Shown here piece by piece: positions 27,821 to 41,186 of a stretch of 64,000 bases of DNA. Numbering within the stretch: position 1 is the stretch's first letter; each line of letters opens with the position of its first letter. The position numbers and the translations under genes are program-made. The notes below the pieces were generated by a model. The model ran no database searches. It was given only the letters and a program-made list of their open reading frames with translations, and was not told the DNA's origin. The stretch comes from the human T2T-CHM13v2.0 reference genome, Homo sapiens, in NCBI RefSeq assembly GCF_009914755.1, contig NC_060930.1. One strand, 5' to 3'.

Positions 27821-28504
27821 TGTGAGCAAATCATAGGTTAATTTAGACAGTTCCTTTGACATGGACGCTTGAGTGGTTTCCAAGTTTTTAGTATCACAAA
27901 CAAGGCTGCAGTGAATAATCTTGTCATGTGTCAGTTCATACTTGTCAGATATAATCCCTTGAGTGGGGTTGCTGTGTCAGAGGGAGGACCCTTGAAATTT
28001 TGATGATGATTGCCCTTAATAGGGAATGCCCCATTTTGCAATCTCACTGAGAACAGACACTGGTGCCTGCCTTTTGAGTGCCTAGCCAACAGAGGGTTTG
28101 GTCAAACTTTTGGAATTTTATCCACCTGATTAAGGAAAAGTCATCTCCTAGTGTAGTTTTGATTTTTCATGTCTCTAATTATGAATGCTTGCAAGGATTT
28201 CAGGTCATCTGCATTTCCTGTTCTGTAAACTTCCCATGACTTTTGCCCACTTTTAAAAATTAATCTGTGGTCATTCTATCTTTCATTTCTGGGAGCGCTT
28301 CGTGTGTTTTGGAGAAAAGTACTTTTCTGCGTCATGAGCTACACACATTTCCCCTAGTTTTTGTCTTTTCTGTTTGTGTTGTGCTTTGGTTTTCGTTTTC
28401 TATACAGTTTTTTTTTTTAATTTACATTCACAGTTATTACTCTTTCCTTTATGGCTTTTAGATTTTGAGACAGAGTTAAATATGCCAATCTACTCCAAGG
28501 TTAT

Positions 28505-28960
28505 TCTATCAATCCGAGTTCTAACAGGAAGCAAATGGCACACTGGAGTTAGGATAATTCAAGAGAGGTTTATAGATAAAAGGGTGAATTACATAAGCCC
28601 TACAAAAGTTTATTGCAAGGGCGTGGGCAAGTTTTAGGGGACTCCCGGGGGTGGTCCTAAAATCAAGACATAGCAGCAACAGAGGAGTCATGACTCCTAG
28701 GCCACAGGCGACGGAGAAGTTACTGCAGCATGGAAGGAGCGAGAATTGTGTAGCCCAGGGCGCCCAGAGATGAGCAGGGCATCTATCATGAGAAATAGAG
28801 ACCTGCAGGAAAAACTCAGGAAAATAAATACCCCACCTTCACCTCCCGCATTGCCTCCCCTGTCTTGTTGTGGCTCAACCTTGGCCCCACTTAGGGAGGC
28901 CTTCCAGGGTTGAAGACATGGGAGAGTGGATCTGAATTCTGGGGGTCAGGGGGAGTTGCA
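28505..28960 (-). mobile_element. LTR33-like ERVL LTR
   Basis: CAGGAAGCAAATGGCACAC...ATAAATACCCC...GGAGAGTGGATCTG. Confidence 0.6.
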
Positions 28961-29063
28961 AGAGATGCCTTCTGGTGGTAGTTTTTCTACAGTTTTACTT
29001 TTTTGCATTTGAAACTGACCCATGAGCATTTATCTTGATGCACTATGGATATTGTGGCCATAA

Positions 29064-29477
<414 letters not shown>

Positions 29478-29784
29478 ACATTTGGGTCTGTTTCTGAACT
29501 TTCTCTTCTGTTCCATTGGGCTATTCATGTGCCATTCAGTACTAATTACCGAGGCCTTATGATGAGTTTTAAAGGCTGGGGAGACCAATCCCTCCTCATT
29601 TTTCTTCTGTTTTAGAGTTTTCCTGGGCTATGCTTGCTTGTTTTTTTTTTTTTTTTTAATGCATCTGTTTGTCTACTTCTGAAGGAAGGAAACTTGCCAG
29701 GAGATTTTAAGAGATTGTGTTAAATTTGTATATTTGTTTATGGAAGACTCAAATATTTATAATATATTTGTTTTCTTCTTTAAA

Positions 29785-30890
29785 ACAGTGATTTTTGAAG
29801 AAATCTGGCAGACATTACCTTACCAAGTAAGAGAAATTATCATTCACAACTATGGGATTAACTAGTATCAGGCACTGCTATGGTTTGAATGTATAATGGG
29901 TCCCTCCAAAATTAGTATATTGAAACCTAATCACCAAGGTGATGCTGTTAGAAGGTGAGGCCTTTGCTTAGGCCGTGAAAGTTCGGTCCTTGTGAATGGA
30001 ATTAATGCCCTCATAAAAGGGCTGGAGGGAGCAAGCTGGGCTTTTTTGCCCTCTGCCCAACACATGAGGACACAGTGTTCGTCCCCTCTGGAGGACACAG
30101 CAGCAAGGAAGCAGAGGCCAAGCGCTTACCAGACACTGAAACTGCTGGTGCCTCGATCTTGGACTTCCCAAACTATGAGGTATAAATTTCTGTTCTTTAT
30201 AAATTATCCAATACCAGGTATGTTGTGATGGCAACACGAATGGAGTGACACAGATGCCTCCTGACTCATGGAGACTCAGGGATTCACTGTGAACACATCA
30301 CTCAAGCAGGATTCCTGCCAAAAATGTGGGCCCTGAATCTAATATAAAAGCATGTCATGCAAAATTAAATTGGGGGCCATTCTTTAAAAGAAGTGGCCTG
30401 TATTCTTCATAACTACCAGGATCTTTAAGGACAATGAAAGGCTGAAGTTCTGATGAAGGGAGATGAAGGAGACATGACTGCTCCATGCACTGTGTGGTCC
30501 CCTTTGGGTCCTGGATCAGAGAAAAAATATCCATAAAGGACATGAATATGGCAATTAAAAAAATTGAATATGCACTGTAGATTATATCACGGTATTGTCT
30601 CAATGCTAAGTTACCTAAATTTAATCATTGTACTGTGGTTATATAAGAGTTATTGTTCTTACAAAATCCATGCTGAGCTATTTAGGAGTAAGGGCATGGT
30701 GTCTGCTATTAAGTTTTAAATAGTTCAAAAAATAGTAATACACACATATGTTTAGAGAGGAGTAATAAAGCAAATGTGGCAACACTTCATAATTGGTCAT
30801 CTGGGTGAAGAATATATAGGAATTCTTGATATTATTCTTGCAACTCTTCTGTAGCTATAACATTATTCATGAATAGAATTAAAACAAAAG
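29785..30890 (+). mobile_element. L1MC-type 3'UTR split by an MST LTR
   Basis: ATTCCTGCCAAAAATG...CATTGTACTGTGGTTATATAAGAG...TATTCTTGCAACT. Confidence 0.7.
29876..30252 (+). mobile_element. MST-family solo LTR
   Basis: TGCTATGGTTTGAATGT start; TAAATTTCTGTTCTTTATAAATTA near the end. Confidence 0.85.
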
Positions 30891-32074
30891 AAAGTTTGTG
30901 TGAGTGAATAGGGAGAAGAGATGTTAAAAGATATGAACTCCTCCCTGCTTTTAGCCATTTGAGCTTGATTTCTGCTTTTTAACACATTGTCCAAAAGCCC
31001 AGAAGAATGTCAATCTATTAATTAATCCATAAAAGTCAATCTTATTTTTTATTCCCTTAATTAATCATCACTATTTTTATGACACACACAGTCACAGTCA
31101 CAAGTTCCCTTCATCCTGCAGCAGGTCCAGGCAGCCAGTTTTACTGGGTGTCTGCCATGTGCTAAGCTCTTTCTTCTTACAAAGACCAAAGGTACATGCA
31201 GCAGAACAGAGCTTGCTGCTGATATACGGGTTTTCCTAGTGTCAGTGACCAGAAAATGAGGTTTGATTTTGATTTTTGAAGCTGAGAGGGACTCTCCCTA
31301 AGCCTCTTACTTGGGTTCATGCTGGCAGTGATAGGAACGACACTGGCTGCTGCTGCCAGGGCCCCACCACCATTCATAGAGTGCTCACGGTGGCCAGGCA
31401 GGTGCTGTGCTATTTGCCCGCATGACTTTGTTTTCTCAGAACAAGCTCATAGGGAGGTTCTATTCCTAACTCCACTGACAGATGTGGAAAGTGAACTAAT
31501 CCTCCCCTCTTGAATGGTGGCGATGGGACAGGAAGCTGGCCGGCTGCTTCTAGAGCGCACCTCCTTGTGTGCTGTGGAATCTCTGCAATGCCCAGGGTTG
31601 CACAGTGCACCTCAGGGCTGGGGCCACGATGTGATCTCCAGCAGAATGTCAGGCTTCTAGCCACAACAAAATCGTGAGAAACACCAGTAATCCTCAGAAC
31701 GGAGTCCTCTTTGCCTTACAAAGCACAGACTGATGCTCCAGAGAGCCAGTAACCTGGGTGGTGAGGAAGCCAGCCTCCAGGAGTCTGGGAGAAGGGTTGA
31801 TACACAAATTATGTATGCTCCAGGAAAGGATTCACAAACAAATCCCATGGATTCAGAAGACGGAGGGTCAGTGACAAAAGGAAACAGATGCTATTTTTCA
31901 GACAAACACGGAACCACTGAGAGGTGGGAGCAGGAAGGAGCAGCGGGATGGCAAGGGTGCTGAGGGGTGATATGGTACTGAACAGGGAGAGGAAGGTGCC
32001 TCCCACCTGGGCCAGCTTTCTGGAGCCCATCTATAAATGAAGCCCTGTGTTTCCTAACTGCTCTGCTGCTGTGC

Positions 32075-32077
32075 TGT

Positions 32078-32144
<67 letters not shown>

Positions 32145-32160
32145 GGAGAGGGAGAGGGAT
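32075..32160. repeat. Compound microsatellite (TG)14(AG)16 with GA-rich tail
   Basis: Direct inspection. Confidence 0.95.
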
Positions 32161-32381
32161 TGAGATTGAGGCTCATCTTGATTACCTAATGACGCCAGGG
32201 TCATAATTGGATTCTACTAGGTTATTAAACCCCAATCCTAGGCAGAGCCAGATTAAGGAGTGGCCAGTGGACAGCAATTGCCCAAAGTGCCACTCAACAT
32301 AGGTCACTGCAATGAGCACTGTTGTGCTCCACCCAGCTCCCCTTGGCTCCCTCTCCTGGTTGCTGTGTGCCCAAGCCCCGG

Positions 32382-32778
32382 GGCTGTGGCTTGAATGTGT
32401 GACCCTTCCAAACCTCTTGTTGAAATTTGATCCCAATGTTGGAGGTGGGACATAATGGGAAGTGTTTGGGTCTTGGGGGTGGAGCCCTCAGGAGTAGATA
32501 ATGCCCTCCCTTGGAGCAGAGCAAGTAAGTTCTTGCTCTGTTAGTTCCTGAGAGAGCTGGTTGTTAAAGGAGCCTGGTACCTCCTCCCCTCTCTTGCTTC
32601 CTCCCTGCACACGCTGGTTCCCCTTCACCTTCTGCCATGAGTGGAAGCCACCTGAGCCCTCCCCAGAAGGTGCTGGTGCTTCTTGTACAGCCTGCAGAAC
32701 TGTGAGCCAAGTAAACCTTTTTATAAATTACCCAGCCTCTGGTATTCCTTTATAGCAACGCAACAATGAATGAAGACA
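32382..32778 (+). mobile_element. MSTB-like solo LTR
   Basis: TGTTGAAATTTGATCCCAATGTTGGAGGTGGG...GGTATTCCTTTATAGCAAC. Confidence 0.85.
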
Positions 32779-32779
32779 C

Positions 32780-33180
32780 CTAGCATCCTTGTGCTTTGCT
32801 TCTGATGGCCAGCACCTGTGTCCCAGCTGCCCTTGGGTGAGTGCAGCCACTTTGCCTCCATTCCTAGAGTTCTGAAAGTATCCAGGAATGACAGCTCCTT
32901 GAGGATGGCCCTTGGCAATGACTAATTGATGAAGGAATATGGAAGCTCAGGTTCCTTGCTATGACACAGGACAAACTCTGAGGAGGTGTAATTTTCACTC
33001 CAAATTTCTCTGCAGGATCAAGCAGAAAATGCTTTTACCACCTGGCTTGGGTGCCTACCTTTCCTGCTGTGCTGTTCCTGCCTGTTGATCAGTTTCTCCA
33101 GGAGAACTGCCTGAAGAAATTGCTTGCACGAAAATTCTGGTCTCAAAGTCTGCTTCTGAGGAGGCTGATCTCCAACACCC
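32780..33180 (+). mobile_element. LTR16-family LTR (LTR16C-like)
   Basis: GGACAAACTCTGAGG...TTGCACGAAAATTCTGGTCTCAAAGTCTGCTTCTG. Confidence 0.6.
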
Positions 33181-34549
33181 ACTAACACAGTCCTAGAAAT
33201 GTAATGGGCAAGAGAAAAGCAACATTTATCCACCTGATCATGGCTCAGAGAGATGACTCCATGTGGCTGGAGAGAATCCTTGGATATTGACTTTGGTGCA
33301 AGGGGTGAGCCCTTCCCACTCCATTAAATTGACCAAAGTGCCCTCCTAAGGAATGCAAGTCCAGTCACCTGTGGGCTTTTTGGTTTCCTGGTCAAAATAC
33401 GTAAATTGAGGGCTTGAGTGGAACTGCTTGGGACAAAAGTGTGGAGTTTGAGCCTTGGCTGGAGGGGAAGGCAGGAGGAGAGCTGAGCGTGGCACTCGGC
33501 TTCTCCTCTAGATAGATACCGAATAGCATTAAATGTTATGAAAATGGCAGCTTTCTCAAAGTACCCACTGCCTCCAACTGACCCTGCTTCCTAGTGAAAA
33601 TGAGGAGGGATTTTTGCTGGGCCTGCTGAAGAGGAACTAGGAAAGGAATAGGCTGCCAGGATTGGGGGTGACAGATTTAAGGCCCTGTGTGTGGCACTGA
33701 GGTGTCCTTGAAGGAGGGGAGAGGCTGCAGGGCAGGATGTTCCGGATTCCTTTCCTGGTGGCCTGGGGGATAACTGGACGGTGGAACCAGAGCTGTCTCT
33801 CCATGGATGGAGCAGGACAAGTCACACCTGAGGCCTCGGGCAGGCCATGACCATTCACCTGGCAGCCTGAGAAGCTTAAAGCTTCCAAATCAGGAGCCAG
33901 CCCCTCCGCACCAGCCACTGCCAACTCTGTCTTCTAAACCTGCGCTCTGGTGGAACTTCTGCATCATGAGCAAACCCACAGGCCACATTACCTTTGACGA
34001 GTGGGTCTAACAGTTATGCTGAAGACGTGGCTGAGCAAATTGTGCCGCGGAGAACAATGACCAGGTTTCTGACCCCTCCATCTGTGTGGATGCCAATTCT
34101 CAAGACTAGGTGTTGGCTTGCTCCAAGGGGACGTGACAAGCTGTGGACGTCCACCTGGGCTGCAGGTACACAGAAGGAGCCAGGCCTGCCCCTGTCCTGC
34201 CCTGCCGGGCTTCTCGTATATTGGAGAGTCCTGAATGTACCCTGACAGCTGCAAGAAGGCAGGCTCTGAGACCTGCTCGGTGGCAAAGAGGCAGAAAGAA
34301 AGTGCTGGTGGGGTGAAGGTGAGGATGAGAGCCACTCCTGCCAAGCAGATCGCTGGGCGAGGGGCCTGCCGCGGGGACTCAGAGGATGGGGAGGCAGAAT
34401 GGTAGCATGTGTTTCGGTAGTGGTGGTAATTACAATACTCACATCAGAGGGCTGTTGTGAACATTAAGTGAGATAATTCATGCCAGGTGTTTGGAAGAGT
34501 AGCTGGCCCAGAAAAAAGGCATATTGTGTTATTATAGATGCACGTACAC

Positions 34550-34960
34550 ACACACAGAATTTTACAGACCACTTTAATTATTTAGTTACTGTAAATAATT
34601 ATTTATTATAATTAATACACTATTAGATAATATATTATACAAAATATATAAAATGTATTACATTAATATATTATATGTAATTATAATTGTATGTATGATA
34701 ACTACCATGCTCGGGCTGGTCTCAAATTCCTGGACTCAAGCAATCTTCCCACCTTTGCCTCCCAAAATGCTGGGATTACAGGCATGAGCCACTGCACCCG
34801 GCCTTATAATTTATTATTTATTATGAAATACACATCCAATATTATTAACCTTTATATATTATGTATTAAGTTAACAGACAAGTATTTTAAATTTGTCAAA
34901 TTGAATATTACCATGTATCAATATGTTCTGTAGCATGTATAATACATAGTACACATTATT
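34550..34960. repeat. AT-rich low complexity containing a partial Alu left monomer (34705-34803, minus)
   Basis: Very AT-rich flanks; CTCCCAAAATGCTGGGATTACAGGCATGAGCCAC. Confidence 0.8.
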
Positions 34961-35139
34961 ATGAGCAAGGGGCTTGTGAGATGGGAGTGTTCCAGATTTG
35001 TGGAGGCAAGAAGAGCAGTCAGTCCGCTGTGTGCACAGGGACCTGGAGTGGAGAGAAGGGTGCAGAGGAAGCTCAGGATGCCGTTGGCCGGGACTTAGCG
35101 GAGTTGGAGCTGCGTTCTGTAGACCACGGGCCACTTTCC

Positions 35140-35900
35140 TTCACTCAGGCAGGAGCAGGTGCTGAGTGCTTCCTAGGAGCCAGCGCTGTGCTAGATACAG
35201 GAGAGGAGGCAGGGATGACAGAGGAGGCCCCGTCCTAGTGGAGGTCTCAATCCACAAGGAGGCAGGCATTGCAGGGGTCTCACCCTGGGATGAGCATTAC
35301 AGAAGGCAAGTGAGGGCCCCCCAGCACAAGGCAAGGTGGGGCCGTGGCCTGAGGCAAGAGAGGAGTCCCATCATCATCAAGCTGAGGCTCTAAAAGAAGG
35401 AGTTAGGCAGGTTAAAGGTATGGCATGGCTCTTGCACAAGAAAGACTGACACCCAAAGATGGCTCAAGGGAAGGTCAGGGGGAAGGCAGTGTTCACTGGG
35501 CGAACTGGACAATGACCTCAGCTTGGACCTGGGTAGCAGAGAGCGAGAGGGAGCAGGCTGGGGAGAGGCTGGGGTGGAGGCACCAGGGAGCCACATCCAG
35601 ATGCACAAAGAGAGAGCACAGCAAGAAGCTGGGGCTGCAGACCAGAGGGCTGGGTGTCGGCCTCTCGCTGGTGATGAGACAGGCGGCTTCTGCGAAGGGC
35701 CAGGGATGATGGAGGGGAATTGGATCCTGGAGCAGGAAAGTAGGGCATGGTTAGGGGCTGATGGAGACCTGCAGTCGCATGGAAGGAAGGCAGAGTCTCA
35801 GGGCAAGGGGTGCCCAGCGAGCCTGACGCTGGGGGTGCAAGGAAGCCAAGCATCGGAGGTGACTCCAAGTTCTGGACACAGGGACGGGGAAAAAAGTGTC
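35140..35900 (-). mobile_element. Degraded L2
   Basis: GCTGAGTGCTTCCTAGGAGCCAGCGCTGTGCTAGATAC start with a purine-rich body. Right boundary approximate. Confidence 0.5.
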
Positions 35901-35943
35901 ATTATCGAAGATGGGGTATACATCTTGGGAAAAGGCTGACTTC

Positions 35944-36272
<329 letters not shown>

Positions 36273-36280
36273 CACTTAGT

Positions 36281-36566
36281 TATTTTAAGATAGGGTCTTG
36301 CTCTGTTGTCCGAGCTGGAGTGCAATGGTGCTATCATAGCTCACTGCAACCTCGACCTTCTAGGCTCAAGTGATCCTCCTGCCTCAGCCTCCTGAGTAGC
36401 TAGGACTCCAGGTGTGTGAAATCATACCCAGATAATTTTTAAATTTTTAGTAGAGATGGGTCTCACTATATTACCCCAGCTAGTCTGCAACTCCTGACCT
36501 CAAGTGGTCCTCCCACCTTGGTTTCCCAAAGTGCTGGGATTACAGGTGTGAGCCACTGTGCCAGAC
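36281..36566 (-). mobile_element. AluJ
   Basis: ATCATAGCTCACTGC...CTCAAGTGATCCTCC (J-type). Confidence 0.9.
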
Positions 36567-37124
36567 TTTTACTTTTAATATTTGCAATGTTAGCATCTGA
36601 AAGCTGACTAAGCTTGTTTTCCTAGTGTGAAATTCAGGATTTATAAATTCAAATAGACTTATGAAACAAATATATGATGTATAGAATTTGTCACTGCTAA
36701 CTTCTAACTGAATAAATCATTGGCTTCCTTGGTAATTGTCTGTAATTAGCAAGATTATAAATCTAAATAATGTGGAAGTTCCCCCTCACCACACACACAC
36801 ACACACACACGTGTGCACCTGTGCATAGTGTCTAGAATTTGTTACCAAGTTGTAATATTCAGACTGCTGAGAATTATGGCAGGATTAAACAATGCTGAGA
36901 AGGCACAGGGAGTCTGCTCTGACCTGTATAGATGTTTGATCAATTAGAGCTCTGTCAGATGGAAGGGCGGATCCCAGAGGAGGGGAGCTCTCTCTCCTGG
37001 TCTGTTCAAGGTTTGACAGTGGAGATTGGGACACAGGCTGCATAAATGAGCAGACTGCCACTAAGGTGACTCAGCTTTGAGGTCACAGTCCTGTGATTTC
37101 CCAGCTTTAAAGTCAGTGCCTCGG

Positions 37125-38370
37125 ACTCCCTATCATCTTCCCTGCTCCCCATGATCTCCCCCGCTCCCCATCGTCTCCCCCCAGTCTCCATCATCTCCCC
37201 CGCTCCCTATCATCTTCCCTGCTCCCTATCATCTCCCCCACTCTCCATCATCTCCTCTGCTCCCCATCATCTCCCCCGCTCCCCATCATCTCCCCCGCTC
37301 TCATCTCCCCACTCCCCATCATCTCCCCAACTCTTCATCATCTCCCCACTCCCCATCATCTACCCACTCTCCATCATCTCCCCCCTCCCCATCATCTCCC
37401 CGGCTCCCCATCATCTCCTTGGCTCCCCGTCATCTCCCCCACTCCCCATCATCTCCCCCACTCTCCATCATCTTCCCGCTCCCCATCATCTCCCCCACTC
37501 CCCATCATCTCCCCTGCTCCCCATCATCTCCCCTGCTCTCATCTCCCCACTCCCCATCATCTCCCCCACTCTTCGTCATCTCCCCACTCCCCATCATCTC
37601 CCCACTCTCCATCATCTCCCCCCTCCCCATCATCTCCCCGGCTCCCCGTCATCTCCCTGGCTCCCCGTCATCTCCCCCACTCCCCATCATCTCCCCCACT
37701 CTCCATCATCTCCCCCACTCTCCATCATCTCCCCCACTCTCCATCATCTCCCCACTCCCCATCATCTCCCCCACTCTCCATCATCTCCCCCGCTCCCCAT
37801 CATCTCCCCCACTCCCCATCATCTCCCCCGCTCTCATCTCCCCACTCCCCATCATCTCCCCCACTCTTCATCATCTCCCCACTCCCCATCATCTCCCCAC
37901 TCTCCATCATCTCCCCCCTCCCCATCATCTCCCCGGCTCCCCGTCATCTCCCTGGCTCCCCGTCATCTCCCCCACTCCCCATCATCTCCCCCACTCTCCA
38001 TCATCTCTCCCGCTCCCCATCATTTCCCCACTCTCCATCATCTCCCCCACTCTCCATCATCTCCCCCCTCCCCATCATCTCCCCCGCTCCCCAACATCTC
38101 CCCCACTCCCCATCATCAGCCCCACTCTCCATCACCTCCCCTGCTCCCCAACATCTCCCCCCCTCCCCATCATCTCCCCCGCTCTTCATCATCTCCCCAC
38201 TCCCCATCATCTCCCCACTCTCCATCATCTCCCCCCTCCCCATCATCTCCCCGGCTCCCCGTCATCTCCCCCACTCCCCATCATCAGCCCCACTCTCCAT
38301 CACCTCCCCCGCTCCCCAACATCTCCCCCACTCCCCATCATCTCCCCCACTCTCCATCATCTCCTTCCGC
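37125..38370. repeat. C-rich minisatellite (VNTR), ~18-20-bp unit CTCCCCATCATCTCCCCCA
   Basis: About 1.25 kb of tandem units; the + strand is almost free of G. Confidence 0.97.
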
Positions 38371-40726
38371 TCTCTCAACCACCTCTCTGCAGTGGTTCAC
38401 TGCAGGCCAGCGGAGTGGAATTCATGGATGCTGAGGGAGCAAGTGTGTCTGCAGAGATTTCCTTGAGGTCAAAATACATGCTTTTAGGAGAAGTCACGTT
38501 GCTTTTGCAACCCAGTGTTTCACAATGCCACATTGCTCATTACCTTTTCAAAATCTCCCTGTATGAAGCTGTTATTTTTTTTTTCTGTCCTCTGCCACTG
38601 AGCTGTCATAGAAAGGCATTATGAGAGCTAATCCCTGTAATCCCCAGGGAATTGTCCGTTATGAAGCTCCGTCCAGGTCTATCTTGCTGTCTTTCCCTGG
38701 CTTACCCAGAGCACCTGCCTTGGTGTAATCCTCCATCGCTGCCACATGGAAGTGTTTTTTCCCTTCCTAAACAAGTTCCTCTTCTGGTATGGCTGTCAGT
38801 GGACCCTGACACAGCCTTTTGGAGCAAAGCACTTGACGGTGTCCAGAATTCACATGGTAGCACACAGGTTGCACTTCCAGGAGGCAAGGAGGTAGCTCTT
38901 GACCAGAACCCTGGAACTCTGCTCTCCCAGGTGACCTTGGGGAGCCATAGCCCATCTCGGGCATCCCTGTCTCCTCTTTAGAGAGAGAAATTGAACACAG
39001 TGATCTCTGAGGTCTAAGCAGCTCTAAACCTCTGTCTTGGACAGCTAGGACAGAATTTAAATGAGCATTTATTGTTTTTCACCCACCTAGTTCTTCTAGT
39101 TAGGTTACAGAATAAGGCAATTAAGCCAAACCTGGACCCGGGCAGTGCCAGCCTGGGGCTGCAGCTGTCTTTAGTGTGTAGCCTGGCTCTAGACCTGGCC
39201 CCCGAGCAGCTGCTTCTTGACACTTCCAAAGGACAGCGCTGTTCTGTGCCCCTCCCAAAGGTGGTCCTGCAGGACCCCAAGCCTATGTGAATTTCTCTCC
39301 ATAACTCGCAGGGTGGCAGGGCACAGCACAGGACCCACACGCCACCTGGGGAAGAGGAAATAGGAAACTGACCACGGCAAAAATGAACAAGAGCCAAGGA
39401 TACACCAAGCTGCATTTCCAGCCAGAGGGAACGTTTGGCCTGGGATGGGCTCTGTGGATGAGTCAGCACGGGAGCGGCAAACGCGGCCTGGCAGGCCCTG
39501 GGCCTGTTATGGAGAATGTTGAATGCCCTGGGGCGCAAATGAGAGAGAAGGATGGGGAAGAGAGAGAGGCTTGCACACCAGACAGAGGCAGAGAAAGAGG
39601 CAAGAGGCATATGGCCCTGATTTTCCCTGCCAAGAGCCTGATAGTAAGAGCTAAGGCCAGTCTTCAGGTGTGCACGTTGTTTTTTCACTAAACCCTGAGT
39701 CACTGCTGCTGCCCTCCAATACGCTGGAGGTGATCGGGCATGGGAGGAGCAGGGAGGATGGGGAGGTGCAAAGCTGATGGGCTATGGACCCTTCAGCACA
39801 CCCGCACACAGCTGTCAGCAGCAGCACTCATTCCTTTCTGAGCCAGGCTGCGTTCATCAGCAACCACTGTGTCCTTTGCAGGGAAAGGAGCTGAGCCCAG
39901 GGAGCTGGCAGATGCTCTCCTCAGATTTTCACCAGCAGATCCCGTTGTCTAAGGACAAAATTACTATTTTGCCAGAGTATACGGCTTTAAAGCAGAGGGC
40001 TTTAAATACATTCCAGACAGAAAGAAGGAATTCATTTTCCCCTTCAGTACAGGATCAGCTCATCTGAGGACAAGTGTGCCCTCTCCTCCTCAGCTATGTC
40101 TGGAATTAATCTCCCAGAGTTAGACTGTTTGGTGCAAAAGAGAAATGAAAAAATGCAGTCCTAGGATGTTTAACTCAACAGGTGCGAGATTCTGAAGGGG
40201 TCTGGACATGTCTGCTCTGTGTAATTAGCAAGAAAATAGTCCAGTTTAGCAAGCATTTATTAAACAGAAACTGTGTGCCAGGCCAATTGCTGGAGCTTTC
40301 AAACTCACTAAGACTGACATGATCATATGCTTTCTGATGATTTTGGTGGTTTTCAGAAAGAAAGTGAATGTTGTAATTGCTTCGTTGAGCAACTGCTTAA
40401 ATAGTCACTATAGCCTCTAAAAGAATAAAAATCATTACATTTAAATTTTATTTATTTTGTAAAAGACCAAAAATAAACCGAAGCTGTTGAGCCTTAAGTG
40501 AATGTTTCTTTACCACAAAGGATATTATTTCTCTAAGGGTAAGGAAAGAGATTGCAGATAACATGAACAGGTTGGGATTTTATATATGCATGCATGCACA
40601 TACACATACAATATGCATCTCAATTTTAGAACAAAGCAATTGTCTCTTTCCAAAGAAAGAAGAGGATACTGGCATTCTCATGTGGCTTTCATTTCCCCTC
40701 CTCTTCGTCTCAATTTTAGTAAGTTA

Positions 40727-41186
40727 TGTTAGAGTTGGTTGGACTGAATCCCCCAAAAAGGTTTTCTCAAATTCTAGTCCCGAGACCTGTGAATGTGGTC
40801 TTATTTGGAAAATAGGGTCTTTGCAGAAGTCCTTGAGTTAAGATGAGGTCAGGCTGGATTGAGGTGAGACCTAAATTAGTGACTGATGTTCTCATAAGAG
40901 CAAAGTTTGAACACAGATACACAGAGGAAAGAAAGCCACATGAAGACAAAGGGATGTTGGAGTGATGCAGCTACAAGCCAAGGAATGCCAAGCATTGCCA
41001 GCAACTGCTGGAAGCTGGGAGAGAGACCTGGAACAGATTCTTCCTTGGAGCCTCCAGAAGGAACCAACTCAGCCGACACCTTGATCTGCCTTCCAGCCTC
41101 CAGAGCTGTGAGACAATAAATTTCTGTTGCTTTAAAACTAGCTAGTCTGCGGTGCTTTGTTATGGCAGCCCTAGGGAACGAAAACA
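40727..41186 (+). mobile_element. MLT1C-like solo LTR
   Basis: ACCTGTGAATGTG...CAAGCCAAGGAATGCCA...TTATGGCAGCCCTAGG. Confidence 0.85.

Noticed and set aside
37151-38624. 427-aa and 401-aa Pro/Ser/His-rich ORFs resembling extensins
   Set aside because: They lie within the VNTR, where strand composition excludes stop codons in overlapping frames. The ~19-bp unit is not a multiple of 3, and there is no domain or splice context.
39014-39703. 229-aa minus-strand ORF, the longest outside the VNTR
   Set aside because: Non-ATG start, no recognisable domain, composition typical of non-coding DNA.
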